Part shown: positions 46,473 through 56,375 of the stretch, piece after piece | Layout: each line of letters starts with the position of its first letter | How positions within the stretch are numbered: position 1 is the stretch's first letter | DNA from: an uncultured Paludibacteraceae bacterium | Lineage (GTDB): Bacteria > Bacteroidota > Bacteroidia > Bacteroidales > Paludibacteraceae | Assembly (NCBI GenBank): GCA_964292695.1 | Contig: CAXYWB010000002.1 | Span: forward strand, 2,454 to 66,453 | DNA: 64,000 nucleotides | Direction of reading: 5' to 3' | Position numbers and translations under genes: made by a program | The notes under the pieces: model-generated | What the model was told of the DNA's origin: nothing | Databases searched by the model: none | What the model saw: the letters and a program-made list of their open reading frames with translations, nothing else

Positions 46473-47471
46473 GTGAAAAAAATGCGTAGTTTACTTTTTA
46501 TGGGTTTACTGGTACTCCTTTCTGCTTGTACAAAAACGACTAAAACCAGTCATTCAGAAACACCGGAAAATGCTTCTCAGGTCTTAGTTCCTGCCTTTTC
46601 AGCCGATTCTGCTTACCTTTATATTCAAAAACAAGTTGATTTTGGACCGCGGGTGCCCAATACATCTCAACACGTGGCCTGCGGAAATTACCTGGAGCAA
46701 AAACTCAGAGATTTTGGTGCAGGAGTCACCATTCAGAAGGCCGATCTGAAGGCATTTGACGGAACTATATTAAAAGCAAAAAACATCATCGGATCATTCA
46801 ATCCGGAAGCTAAAACACGCATTCTGCTGTTTGCTCACTGGGATACACGCCCCTGGGCCGACCACGATGCCGACAGCAAAAATCATAAAACCCCTGTGAT
46901 TGGTGCCAATGACGGTGCAAGCGGTGTGGGAGTTCTTCTTGAAATGGCACGCATATTCGGGAAAGAAAAACCGGCAGTTGGTGTGGATATTATTTTCTTT
47001 GATGCGGAAGACTACGGAGCTCCGGAAGAGTTGAGCAGTCAGGAAAATGCCAATTCATGGTGCCTTGGAAGCCAGTATTGGGCTGCAAACAAACACATTC
47101 CGGGCTATCGGGCCAAATACGGTATTTTGCTGGACATGGTGGGAGCAACCGGCGCCAGGTTTTTTCGCGAACAAATATCGGACTATTACGCCGGCTATGT
47201 AGTGGACAAAGTATGGAATCAGGCTGCTGCACTTGGTTATAATCACTATTTTGTCAATAAACCCGGCGGAAACATTACCGACGACCATCTTTACATCAAT
47301 CAAAAAGCAGGAATTCCGTCCATTGATATCATACATTACGATCCGAATACAGATACCGGCTTCGGACATTACTGGCACACGGTGAACGATACGATGGAAA
47401 ATATTGATAAAAACACCCTGAACGCTGTGGGCAATACCTTACTTCACGTAATTTACAACGAAACACTTTGA
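46473..47471 (+). CDS. M28-family metallopeptidase fold protein (glutaminyl cyclase-like), lipoprotein
   Basis: Lipobox LLSAC plus metal-ligand motifs HWDTRPWADHD, DGASGVG and FFDAEDYG. The start could instead be the ATG at 46482. Confidence 0.75.
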   Translation: MKKMRSLLFMGLLVLLSACTKTTKTSHSETPENASQVLVPAFSADSAYLYIQKQVDFGPRVPNTSQHVACGNYLEQKLRDFGAGVTIQKADLKAFDGTILKAKNIIGSFNPEAKTRILLFAHWDTRPWADHDADSKNHKTPVIGANDGASGVGVLLEMARIFGKEKPAVGVDIIFFDAEDYGAPEELSSQENANSWCLGSQYWAANKHIPGYRAKYGILLDMVGATGARFFREQISDYYAGYVVDKVWNQAAALGYNHYFVNKPGGNITDDHLYINQKAGIPSIDIIHYDPNTDTGFGHYWHTVNDTMENIDKNTLNAVGNTLLHVIYNETL

Positions 47472-47478
47472 AACCAGT

Positions 47479-48561
47479 ATGGAATTACTCTACAAAAAGA
47501 TAGCTGTAAAAGTTGGAAGTAATGTACTTACACGTTCTGATGGTACTCTCGACGTGACTCGCATGTCGGCCATTACCGACCAGATAGCACAACTACACAA
47601 ACTGGGTGTAAAAGTGATTCTTATTTCATCCGGAGCTGTTGCTTCCGGCAGAAGTGTACTTAAGTCTTCCCGAAAATTGGATGTTGTGGAGCAGCGACAA
47701 TTATTTTCAACCGTTGGCCAGGCAAAATTGATTAATCATTATTGGGAACTTTTTCGCGAGCACAACATTGTTGTAGGTCAGGTACTTACTACCAAAACTA
47801 ACTTTGAAGGACGCAACCAGTATCTCAACCAACGAAACTGCATCCGGTTGATGCTCGACAACGGGGTAATACCCATTGTAAATGAAAATGACGCCGTTTC
47901 AGTTTCTGAACTGATGTTTACCGACAACGATGAACTTTCGGGGATGATAGCCTCCATGATGGGAATGCAGGCGCTGGTAATTCTCAGCGATATAGACGGC
48001 ATATACAACGGATCTCCCGCCAACAAAGACTCGGAAGTAATCCGCGAAATAAAAAAAGAGGAGGATTTGTCGGACTTTATCCAACTTAAAAAATCCACCT
48101 TCGGGCGGGGAGGTATGCAGACCAAAGTTTCCATAGCCCGAAAAATAGCCGATGAAGGTATTGAAGTTTATATTGCCAATGGCAAAAAAGACAATATCCT
48201 GATTGACCTGCTGAACATTAAGGGAAACACGGTTTCCACCCATTTTATTGCTGAAAAAGCCGGAGTTTCCAGTGTGAAAAAATGGATAGCTCACAGCGAT
48301 GGCTTTGCCAAAGGCGAAGTAATTATCAACGAAAATGCAGCAAAAGCACTGACCGGTGAAAACGCCGTAAGCCTTTTACCCGTTGGAATTGTAGGGATTT
48401 CCGGTGGTTTCGAAAAAGACGACATCGTAAAAATAAGCGATGAAACCGGAAATTGTATCGGCGTAGGCAAGGCGCAATACAGCAGCGAAAAAGCGGCTCA
48501 GTTAATGGGCAAGAAAAACCAGAAGCCGATTATTCACTACGATTATTTGCATTTGGAATGA
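47479..48561 (+). CDS. proB: glutamate 5-kinase (with a C-terminal PUA domain)
   Basis: IAVKVGSNVLT, ISSGAVASG and VNENDAVS..ELMFTDNDELS motifs in a 360-aa ORF. Confidence 0.9.
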   Translation: MELLYKKIAVKVGSNVLTRSDGTLDVTRMSAITDQIAQLHKLGVKVILISSGAVASGRSVLKSSRKLDVVEQRQLFSTVGQAKLINHYWELFREHNIVVGQVLTTKTNFEGRNQYLNQRNCIRLMLDNGVIPIVNENDAVSVSELMFTDNDELSGMIASMMGMQALVILSDIDGIYNGSPANKDSEVIREIKKEEDLSDFIQLKKSTFGRGGMQTKVSIARKIADEGIEVYIANGKKDNILIDLLNIKGNTVSTHFIAEKAGVSSVKKWIAHSDGFAKGEVIINENAAKALTGENAVSLLPVGIVGISGGFEKDDIVKISDETGNCIGVGKAQYSSEKAAQLMGKKNQKPIIHYDYLHLE

Positions 48562-48565
48562 ATTA

Positions 48566-49015
48566 CTACAACCCCAATTCCAGCTTAAATTTCTTCAAAT
48601 CAATTCCGGGGAATTGCAGTCCTTTCATTTTTTCTTTTATGTAATTTTCCACTTCCCGTTTCAGTACGTCATCGATTTGATTGGAAATATACACTCTCCT
48701 GAATGCTCCTGCGCCTATAATCTGACTGCGGCCGTCCCAGTTGATCCTGGTGATGGAAAACAGGAAATAATTATCGGCTGTGATATGACTTTCGATGAAA
48801 TCATCCACAAACTGACCCGATAAATCAATTCCAAGTCTGGCAATTAAGCTTTTCTCAATACCGTAGTCGGATAATAAATTGTCGGCCAACTGAATAAATT
48901 TTTCTTTTGCAGCCGCCTGATGCATTTTTTCTGTTGGATTCGTGAGGTATGCTCCTACGGAAACTGTCACTAAAATCACGAAAAATAAACATCCTTTTCT
49001 TCGTCTTTTTGCCAT
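48566..49015 (-). CDS. hypothetical membrane-anchored protein (149 aa; DUF4359-like)
   Basis: A basic N-terminus is followed by one TM helix. I recognise no catalytic motif. Confidence 0.45.
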   Translation of the reverse strand: MAKRRRKGCLFFVILVTVSVGAYLTNPTEKMHQAAAKEKFIQLADNLLSDYGIEKSLIARLGIDLSGQFVDDFIESHITADNYFLFSITRINWDGRSQIIGAGAFRRVYISNQIDDVLKREVENYIKEKMKGLQFPGIDLKKFKLELGL

Positions 49016-49029
49016 TTGAATATGTGTTT

Positions 49030-49785
49030 TTACAATTTTCTTCTTCTGAATTCTGACACGGTAATCGCTGTTGCAATACCTACATTCAGGGATTCGGAAG
49101 CAACATTTTCAAGCGAAAAACCGGGAATTGAAATTTTACGGGTAACAAATTTTTCCACTTCAGGCGAAATTCCGTTTCCTTCATTTCCCATTACTATTAT
49201 TCCGTTTTGGGTTAAATTTTCATTGTAAATATTTTCTCCATTCATAAACGTGCCGTAAACCGTAGTCTTTCCCTGCAGTTCTTTCAGAAATTCAGGTAAA
49301 TCTGTATAACACACACGTACACGGGCTATTGCTCCCATTGTAGCCTGCACGGTTTTGGGACTGAAAACATCGGCACAGTGTAACGAACAAAAAATATCTT
49401 TAATGCCAAACCAGTCTGCCAAACGGATGATTGTTCCCAAATTTCCAGGATCCTGAATATCGTCGAGCGCAAGATTCAGATTTTTTGAAATTTCATCCAT
49501 ATCAATTTCAAAATCCGGCTTTTCGAAAACAGCCAAAACGCCCTGAGGCGATTTTTGAAAAGTAATGCTTTTATACTCTTTTTGTGAAATCAACTCGATT
49601 TCATCGGTATATTTTTCAAAATACGCACGTAAATCATCATCGGTAACAGCCAGAAAACGACATTTTAAAAAAGGAAATAAATCGGATGTAATTTTAAAAC
49701 CTTCAGCAACAAACACACCCTCTTCGTCTCTGTTTTTTTTCAACCCCAGTGATTTTATCCATTTAATTTTTATTTTAGAAAGCAT
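49030..49785 (-). CDS. TrmH/SpoU-family RNA 2'-O-methyltransferase
   Basis: SpoU motifs are present: DIQDPGNLGTIIRLADWFG, IVMGNEGNGIS and ESLNVGIATAI. Confidence 0.8.
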   Translation of the reverse strand: MLSKIKIKWIKSLGLKKNRDEEGVFVAEGFKITSDLFPFLKCRFLAVTDDDLRAYFEKYTDEIELISQKEYKSITFQKSPQGVLAVFEKPDFEIDMDEISKNLNLALDDIQDPGNLGTIIRLADWFGIKDIFCSLHCADVFSPKTVQATMGAIARVRVCYTDLPEFLKELQGKTTVYGTFMNGENIYNENLTQNGIIVMGNEGNGISPEVEKFVTRKISIPGFSLENVASESLNVGIATAITVSEFRRRKL

Positions 49786-49836
49786 AGAAGCGTTATTTTT
49801 TGACTAATTTCTGGATTCCGACTATTTTTTACACTA

Positions 49837-49844
49837 CAAAACTA
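49837..49844 (-). promoter_or_regulatory. -7 box TAGTTTTG (minus strand)
   Basis: The plus strand reads CAAAACTA, 52 nt upstream of the trmH-like start at 49785. Confidence 0.4.
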
Positions 49845-49867
49845 ACAAAGAAAACGAGAATAAAACG

Positions 49868-49875
49868 TATATTTG
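49868..49875 (+). promoter_or_regulatory. -7 box TATATTTG
   Basis: It lies 33 nt upstream of the ATG at 49909 and overlaps the TTG start of the track ORF. Confidence 0.5.
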
Positions 49876-49908
49876 CAAAGATTTTACAAAATTCTGTTTT
49901 CTCCGGAT

Positions 49909-52173
49909 ATGAAAAACCTGAGCTATTCATTTATATTACTTGTCGTATTATTTGCTTCAGCCTGTAATACAACCAAGTATGTTCCCGAAAATGAATATCT
50001 ACTGAACAAAGTCAGCATTGCGTCTGATAATAAATCAATTACAAAAGAAGAGACAAAGACCTACATCCGTCAGTTGCCCAATGCAGCAGTATTCGGTTTA
50101 TTCAAATTGCAGTTGGGGCTTTATAATCTATCCGGATCGGATTCTACCAAATGGTGGAACCGCTTTTGGAAGCGGGTTGGTGATGAACCGGTAATTTATA
50201 ACCCGCAACTGACGTCGGTCACAGAAAATCAAATCAGCCAACTTTTTCGCAATCGCGGATATATGAATGCTGAAGTTAATAGCGATATTTCTCATCCGAA
50301 AGAAAAAATAGCTGAAGTAACCTACAATATAAAATCGAACATTCCATACAGAATTCGGAGCTATTCTGTCAACATCAATTATCCGGAATTACTTCAAATA
50401 GCTTTGGACACTGCCCGTAGTCTGATAAAGCATGGGAATCTGTTTGACAGCGACGTGCTGGATGATGAACGCGACCGGATTACATCGCGATTTCGCAATC
50501 TGGGTTATTATAATTTTTCCAAAGATTATTTACAATATTTTGCTGACAGCACGCTGAATACTAATGAAGCCGATTTGGTACTCGAAGTGAGGAATGAGTC
50601 CGAACTTACTGATTCAATTGATTTAGTAAAAGTTTTTCAGAAATACACTATTAGAAAAGTGCATTTTTACAGCGAAACTGAAAAAACGCTTGAAAATCTG
50701 AATTCAGAGATTTCGCTCGATTCCCTTGAAATAGAAAATTATAAGTTTACCTACGAGAATATACGCAATATTCGCCCTTCGGTATTGATTCAAAGCACTC
50801 ATATAGTACCTGAAGACTTCTACAGCGACAGAGCTGTTGAGCGTTCGTACAGTTCGCTGAATTCGCTGAGTGCTATCAAATACATGGACATTAGTTTCAG
50901 AGAATCGGGTACTGATAAACTGGATGCCTTTATAATTCTCACGCCCAACAAGCTTCAATCCATTTCAGCTGACGTAGAAGGCACATATTCAGCAGGATAC
51001 TGGGGATTGGGAGGTAATATCAATTACGGACACCGAAACATTTTTAAAGGTTCGGAAACCCTTTCGCTCCGGGGAAGAGCTGCTTACGAATATCAAGGCA
51101 GAGATCAAAACGCCTACGAGCTTGGAGGTGATGTTGGTTTGAAATTTCCTACTTTTCTACTTCCGTTCGCCACGCGGGATATGAAACGAAATATCCGGGC
51201 AACAACCGAAATAAACGGTTCGTACAGCTACCGCAACAGACCGAAAGAATATACAGGCATTGTGACAGGAGTAGGTTTTAAATACAACTGGAGTGAGCGA
51301 TTTGAAGTAAAACACAATTTTGACGTTCTAAATGTCAGTTACGTTTACTATCCGTTCATTTCGCCGGAATATCGAGCATATTTGAGCACAAGCCCTTATT
51401 TCGTCTATAATTTTCAGAATCACCTTATCATGCGGACAGGTTACAGCGGTTCTTACAGTAATTTCAGGCCTTTGCAGCCGCTTCGGAATTACAGCACACT
51501 GAACTACGGAATAGAAACCGCCGGTAACTTGCTTTACGGCATCAACAACCTTTTTAACTCAACGAAAGACGATGAAGGCACCTTCAAAATCTTCGGAATC
51601 AGATACGCTCAATATGTCAAAACTGATTTCAACTTGACACGCTATCAGATATTTGATAAAAATAACCGAATTGTTTATCACGCAGGAGTTGGCGTAGCGC
51701 TCCCATATGGGAATAATAACCTTATTCCTTTCGAAAAAAGATACTTCTCGGGCGGTGCTAACAGCGTACGCGGCTGGACTGCATATCAGCTCGGACCTGG
51801 AACTTTCAGAAGCAAGGGTGGCTATATCGATTACAATACACAAATGGGCGACATAAGAATTGATCTGAACATGGAATATCGGACCAAACTGTTCTGGAAA
51901 CTCGATGGTGCGCTTTTTCTGGATGCCGGCAATGTGTGGACTATCAGAGAATATGATTCTCAACCCGGCGGCGTATTTCGTTTCTCAGATTTCATCGGAC
52001 AATTGGGCGTAGCTTACGGGGGCGGAATCAGAGCCGATTTTTCGTTTTTTGTCTTACGGCTGGATTTAGGGTTGAAACTTCACAATCCTGCATTGAGCAG
52101 AACCGAAAGTTGGAGAACAAAAATTACAAAAGATGATTACGCATTTAATCTGGCAATAGGATATCCGTTTTAG
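49909..52173 (+). CDS. Omp85 (BamA/TamA) family outer-membrane protein with a lipoprotein signal; TamL-like
   Basis: MKNLSYSFILLVVLFASAC carries a lipobox-like Cys. POTRA-like repeats are followed by a C-terminal bacterial surface antigen barrel (RYFSGGANSVRGW..., ending in GYPF). Confidence 0.7.
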   Translation: MKNLSYSFILLVVLFASACNTTKYVPENEYLLNKVSIASDNKSITKEETKTYIRQLPNAAVFGLFKLQLGLYNLSGSDSTKWWNRFWKRVGDEPVIYNPQLTSVTENQISQLFRNRGYMNAEVNSDISHPKEKIAEVTYNIKSNIPYRIRSYSVNINYPELLQIALDTARSLIKHGNLFDSDVLDDERDRITSRFRNLGYYNFSKDYLQYFADSTLNTNEADLVLEVRNESELTDSIDLVKVFQKYTIRKVHFYSETEKTLENLNSEISLDSLEIENYKFTYENIRNIRPSVLIQSTHIVPEDFYSDRAVERSYSSLNSLSAIKYMDISFRESGTDKLDAFIILTPNKLQSISADVEGTYSAGYWGLGGNINYGHRNIFKGSETLSLRGRAAYEYQGRDQNAYELGGDVGLKFPTFLLPFATRDMKRNIRATTEINGSYSYRNRPKEYTGIVTGVGFKYNWSERFEVKHNFDVLNVSYVYYPFISPEYRAYLSTSPYFVYNFQNHLIMRTGYSGSYSNFRPLQPLRNYSTLNYGIETAGNLLYGINNLFNSTKDDEGTFKIFGIRYAQYVKTDFNLTRYQIFDKNNRIVYHAGVGVALPYGNNNLIPFEKRYFSGGANSVRGWTAYQLGPGTFRSKGGYIDYNTQMGDIRIDLNMEYRTKLFWKLDGALFLDAGNVWTIREYDSQPGGVFRFSDFIGQLGVAYGGGIRADFSFFVLRLDLGLKLHNPALSRTESWRTKITKDDYAFNLAIGYPF

Positions 52174-52365
52174 AAGCCGTCTGAACTTTGATTTATATAA
52201 TCGGAATGTATAAATCCAAAGAATTCAAAAAGGTTATTCAAAAAATAAATTGTTGATTAAAAGAATAATGCTAATTTTCAAAAACATCTAAGTTGATATT
52301 TTCGTTTACAATATTTTTTAAAAAAAATCACAATCACTCTAAAATCATTGTTCAGACTGTGTAAT

Positions 52366-52818
52366 ATGAGAATAGTAATTCAAAGGGTTTCAAAAGCTTC
52401 TGTTTCAATTTCCGGACGTATAATATCGGAAATAGAAACAGGCTTGTTGGTTTTTTTAGGCATTGAAAATGTCGATAATGATTCGGATATTGAATATTTA
52501 GCTCAAAAACTGGTAAATTTGCGCATATTTAACGATGAAAACGGTGTGATGAACCTTTCGGTAATGGATGTGAATGGCGAAATTCTGGTAGTTAGTCAGT
52601 TCACTCTTCATGCACGTACCCGCAAAGGGAATCGGCCATCGTATATTGATGCAGCAAAACCGGATATTTCAATTCCCATATATGAAAAATTTTGCAAAGC
52701 ATTGGAAGTATTACAAAAAAAACCGGTGAAAACGGGCGAATTTGGTGCCAATATGCAGGTAGCTCTGATAAACGACGGACCGGTAACAATTTGGATAGAC
52801 AGTAAACAGTCGATTTGA
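52366..52818 (+). CDS. dtd: D-aminoacyl-tRNA deacylase
   Basis: MRIVIQRVSKASV..., SQFTLHA.TRKGNRPS and NDGPVTI motifs. I use the Met at 52366. Confidence 0.9.
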   Translation: MRIVIQRVSKASVSISGRIISEIETGLLVFLGIENVDNDSDIEYLAQKLVNLRIFNDENGVMNLSVMDVNGEILVVSQFTLHARTRKGNRPSYIDAAKPDISIPIYEKFCKALEVLQKKPVKTGEFGANMQVALINDGPVTIWIDSKQSI

Positions 52819-52908
52819 TCTGTTCAGATTTTATCCCTTTGTTGAATAATCATTAAAATGAATGTATTAATCTGATTTGAAATCTATTTAAAAAATCCGT
52901 ATTTAGAA

Positions 52909-53616
52909 ATGGAAAATGACAATAAAAAATTGCCTGAAAATCAATTTTGGGGAATAAAACATTTGCCTAACTCTATCACTTGCCTGAATTTATTTTCAGG
53001 TTGTGCGGGTGTATGGCTTGCTTTCAACGGTAACTATGTGGGAGCAACCATTGCTATTTTGCTTTCTGCGTTGTTTGATTTTCTGGATGGATTTGTGGCC
53101 CGAATGGTCAACGCATATTCTGCAATCGGAAAAGAGCTGGATTCACTGGCAGATGTTGTGAGTTTTGGTTTGGTGCCCGGGGCTATGATATTCTCTATGC
53201 TTTCAGCCAATTATTTACACCATTACACATTTTTAGCGTTTCTCATTCCGGTTTTTTCAGCCCTGAGGTTGGCAAAATTTAATATTGACGAACGTCAAAG
53301 CTCCTCCTTCATCGGACTGCCCACTCCGGCAAATGCTATTTTTTGGGGTGGAATGGCCGTATCGTTTTCATCTTGGTTTGAAGCGCATCACATGGTATTA
53401 ATTATCCTGACCTTGATTTTTTCTTATTTGTTAGTTTCTGAAATCCCGATGTTTTCGCTTAAATTTAAGAACGTTTCATGGAAAAACAACAAACTTCAAT
53501 TTATTTTTCTGGGCGTATGTGTGTTGTTGATAATATTCTTACGCATGGATGCCATAGCACCAATTATTGTGTGGTATATTATACTATCTGTAGTGTCCAA
53601 AACATCTGATCTGTGA
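52909..53616 (+). CDS. pssA: CDP-diacylglycerol--serine O-phosphatidyltransferase
   Basis: CDP-alcohol phosphatidyltransferase motif DFLDGFVARMVNAYSAIGKELDSLADVVSFG in a polytopic membrane protein. Confidence 0.85.
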   Translation: MENDNKKLPENQFWGIKHLPNSITCLNLFSGCAGVWLAFNGNYVGATIAILLSALFDFLDGFVARMVNAYSAIGKELDSLADVVSFGLVPGAMIFSMLSANYLHHYTFLAFLIPVFSALRLAKFNIDERQSSSFIGLPTPANAIFWGGMAVSFSSWFEAHHMVLIILTLIFSYLLVSEIPMFSLKFKNVSWKNNKLQFIFLGVCVLLIIFLRMDAIAPIIVWYIILSVVSKTSDL

Positions 53617-53834
53617 ATTTATAAATTTTCTTCCAATTTAGAACACATGAGTAACGAAAATAAGCAACGTTATCAAACTGAACATCTCTGTTTAGTTTAG
53701 ATGCAATATTTTCCGTGAGGTATCGGGTAAATTCAAAAAATGCTACTCAATTTCGCATCCGCGCTAATAAAGAATTGAAAGAGATTATAGTAAAATTGGT
53801 AGAAGATTTGATAAACATAATTAATTAACATTAA

Positions 53835-53859
53835 TCTCCCCTTCAGGGGGGCTTGGAGC
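53835..53859 (+). repeat. start-proximal C-run/G-run hairpin plus GGAG box
   Basis: In TCTCCCCTTCAGGGGGGCTTGGAGC, CTCCCC and GGGGGG form a 6-bp stem with loop TTCA. The box ends 4 nt before the ruvB ATG. Confidence 0.45.
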
Positions 53860-53863
53860 ATCT

Positions 53864-54886
53864 ATGCAAGAAGAACCATTCGACATACGAAACAATCAGA
53901 ACGCAGAAAAAGAATTTGAAAATTCGCTGCGACCGCTCACTTTCTCTGATTTCAGAGGTCAGGAAAAGATTGTTGAAAATTTGAAAATATTCGTTGCGGC
54001 TGCCCGAATGCGTTCCGAATCACTTGATCATGTGCTGCTACACGGACCTCCTGGATTGGGCAAAACGACACTTTCCAATATCATTGCCAACGAATTGAGC
54101 GTTGGTTTCAAAATCACTTCAGGTCCCGTATTGGACAAACCGGGCGATTTGGCTGGTTTGCTTACAAGTCTGGAAACAAATGACGTCCTTTTCATCGATG
54201 AAATTCACCGCCTGAGCCCTATTGTGGAAGAATACCTCTATTCTGCCATGGAGGACTATCGGATTGATATTATGATAGATAAAGGTCCGAGTGCCCGTTC
54301 CATTCAGCTGGAGCTTAATCCTTTTACACTAATCGGAGCCACTACCCGGAGCGGCCTGCTTACATCTCCATTGCGGGCAAGATTTGGTATCAATTGCCAT
54401 TTTGAATACTACGATGCTAAAATTCTGAAAGGAATTATCGAGCGTTCGGCCAGACTTCTGAATGTGCCGATAGAACATAAAGCCGCTGAAGAAATTGCAG
54501 GCAGAAGCAGGGGAACACCGCGTATTTCCAACGCGTTGCTTCGAAGGGTAAGAGATTTTGCACAAGTAAAAGGTAACGGCAAAATAGACCTTGAGATAGC
54601 CGAATATGCTCTCGAAGCACTTAATATTGACAAATATGGGCTGGATGAAGTTGATAATAAAATTCTGACTACAATAATAGATAAATTTCAGGGCGGTCCG
54701 GTGGGTTTGACTACAATTGCTACTGCATTGAGCGAAGATCCCGGCACGCTTGAAGAAGTATACGAGCCATTTCTGATTAAAGAGGGTTTTCTGAAACGCA
54801 CACCACGAGGACGTGAAGTGACAGAACTGGCTTACAGGCATTTGGGAAAAGTGAAATACAACGGTGAAATGGGGAGTTTATTCTGA
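53864..54886 (+). CDS. ruvB: Holliday junction branch migration ATPase RuvB
   Basis: [15 protein letters not shown], Walker [11 protein letters not shown], Walker [10 protein letters not shown], and GRSRGTPRI. Confidence 0.95.
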   Translation: MQEEPFDIRNNQNAEKEFENSLRPLTFSDFRGQEKIVENLKIFVAAARMRSESLDHVLLHGPPGLGKTTLSNIIANELSVGFKITSGPVLDKPGDLAGLLTSLETNDVLFIDEIHRLSPIVEEYLYSAMEDYRIDIMIDKGPSARSIQLELNPFTLIGATTRSGLLTSPLRARFGINCHFEYYDAKILKGIIERSARLLNVPIEHKAAEEIAGRSRGTPRISNALLRRVRDFAQVKGNGKIDLEIAEYALEALNIDKYGLDEVDNKILTTIIDKFQGGPVGLTTIATALSEDPGTLEEVYEPFLIKEGFLKRTPRGREVTELAYRHLGKVKYNGEMGSLF

Positions 54887-54888
54887 TT

Positions 54889-56373
54889 ATGGCTAAAGAA
54901 ATGAAATCGCTGGCGAAGGATACCGCCATTTACGGAGTGAGCAGCATTGTAGGGAAATTTCTCAACTGGCTGCTTGTGCCGCTCTACACATACAAACTCG
55001 CCAATCCGGCAGAATACGGAATTGTAACCAATTTGTTTGCCTGGACAGCCCTTTTGCTGGTCATCCTCACTTACGGAATGGAGACCGGATTTTTCCGTTT
55101 TGCCAATAAAGATCCGGAAAATTCGCGAAAAATTTACGGAAATACGATGATTTCGGTAGGTTTTACCTCTTTGCTGTTTGTGCTGTTCATTGTGTTGTTT
55201 CACCAGCCCATTGCTGGTTTTTTGGGCTACACCCATCAGTCAGAATTTATTCTCATGTTGGGAATCATTGTGGCTATGGATGCCTTTGCGTCCATTCCTT
55301 TTGCTTTTCTGCGGTTTCAAAAACGTCCGATTGTCTTTGCCGGGCTAAAACTGCTCTACATCGGGCTGAACATTGTGCTCAATCTGTTTTTCCTGATTAC
55401 ATGCCCCTGGTTGATGAAAGTGGCTCCGGATCTTATATCGTGGTTTTATAATCCGGCTTACGGTGTAGGTTACATTTTTATTTCTAATCTTATTGCCACC
55501 GCCTTACAGACTTTGGTGCTTTCAAAGTATATTTTTCAGGGAAAATTTGAGCCGGATAAGAAGCTTTTGAAGCAAATTCTGAACTATTCTTACCCGCTGC
55601 TTTTTCTGGGTATTGCAGGCATTGCCAACCAAAATCTGGATAAAATTTTATTTCCGTTTTTAAGAGATGACGCGTTGAGTCAGTTGGGTATTTATGGCGC
55701 AGTAGGAAAAATGGCAATGGTGATCATGATGTTTACGCAAGCATTCCGGTACGCTTATGAGCCTTATGTTTTTGCCAAAAATAAGGATTCGGACAGTAAA
55801 ACTGCTTATTCAATGGCAATGAAATATTACGTCATTTTTGCTTTGCTTATTTTTCTGTCGGTAGTACTGTATCTTGACGTGATTAAGTATTTCATAGCTC
55901 CCAAATACTGGATTGGTCTTGGAATTTTACCCGTAATACTGTTTGCATACATTTTTCAGGGAATATTTTTCAACCTTTCAATCTGGTATAAATTGACCGA
56001 TAAAAATCACTACGGAGCCTGGTTTTCGGCCATCGGCACGGCTGTGATTCTTCTTGGAAATATACTTTTTGTTCCGAAGTACAGCTATTGGGCATCAGTA
56101 TGGTCGTCGTTTGCCGGTTTTTTTGTTATCATGGTTCTATCTTTCTTTTTCGGACAGAAATATATGCCGGTAAATTACAATCTGAAAAAACTAGGATTAT
56201 ATGCACTTTTGGCTGTAGGTCTTTTTGTAATTAGTTTATTTGTAAAAACATCCTGCGTGGTTCTAAATTTAGCGGTGAAAACGGCGTTTTTAGTGATTTT
56301 CGTGTTAGTAGTGATTAAATATGATTTGCCTTTGAAGGAAATACCTTATTTAAATCGTTTTGTAAGGAAGTAA
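54889..56373 (+). CDS. MOP-superfamily oligosaccharide/polysaccharide flippase (Wzx-like)
   Basis: 494-aa ORF with about 14 TM helices and an N-terminus (LAKDTAIYGVSSIVGKFLNWLLVPLYT) typical of polysaccharide biosynthesis proteins. Confidence 0.7.
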   Translation: MAKEMKSLAKDTAIYGVSSIVGKFLNWLLVPLYTYKLANPAEYGIVTNLFAWTALLLVILTYGMETGFFRFANKDPENSRKIYGNTMISVGFTSLLFVLFIVLFHQPIAGFLGYTHQSEFILMLGIIVAMDAFASIPFAFLRFQKRPIVFAGLKLLYIGLNIVLNLFFLITCPWLMKVAPDLISWFYNPAYGVGYIFISNLIATALQTLVLSKYIFQGKFEPDKKLLKQILNYSYPLLFLGIAGIANQNLDKILFPFLRDDALSQLGIYGAVGKMAMVIMMFTQAFRYAYEPYVFAKNKDSDSKTAYSMAMKYYVIFALLIFLSVVLYLDVIKYFIAPKYWIGLGILPVILFAYIFQGIFFNLSIWYKLTDKNHYGAWFSAIGTAVILLGNILFVPKYSYWASVWSSFAGFFVIMVLSFFFGQKYMPVNYNLKKLGLYALLAVGLFVISLFVKTSCVVLNLAVKTAFLVIFVLVVIKYDLPLKEIPYLNRFVRK

Positions 56374-56375
56374 AT

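Noticed and set aside
53699-53832. A protein-like open frame (..[37 protein letters not shown]) lies in the pssA-ruvB spacer.
   Set aside because: It has no ATG start (only an internal GTG), is at most about 40 aa, has no promoter box and shows no motif I recognise. It cannot be distinguished from chance or from a decayed gene fragment without a database search.
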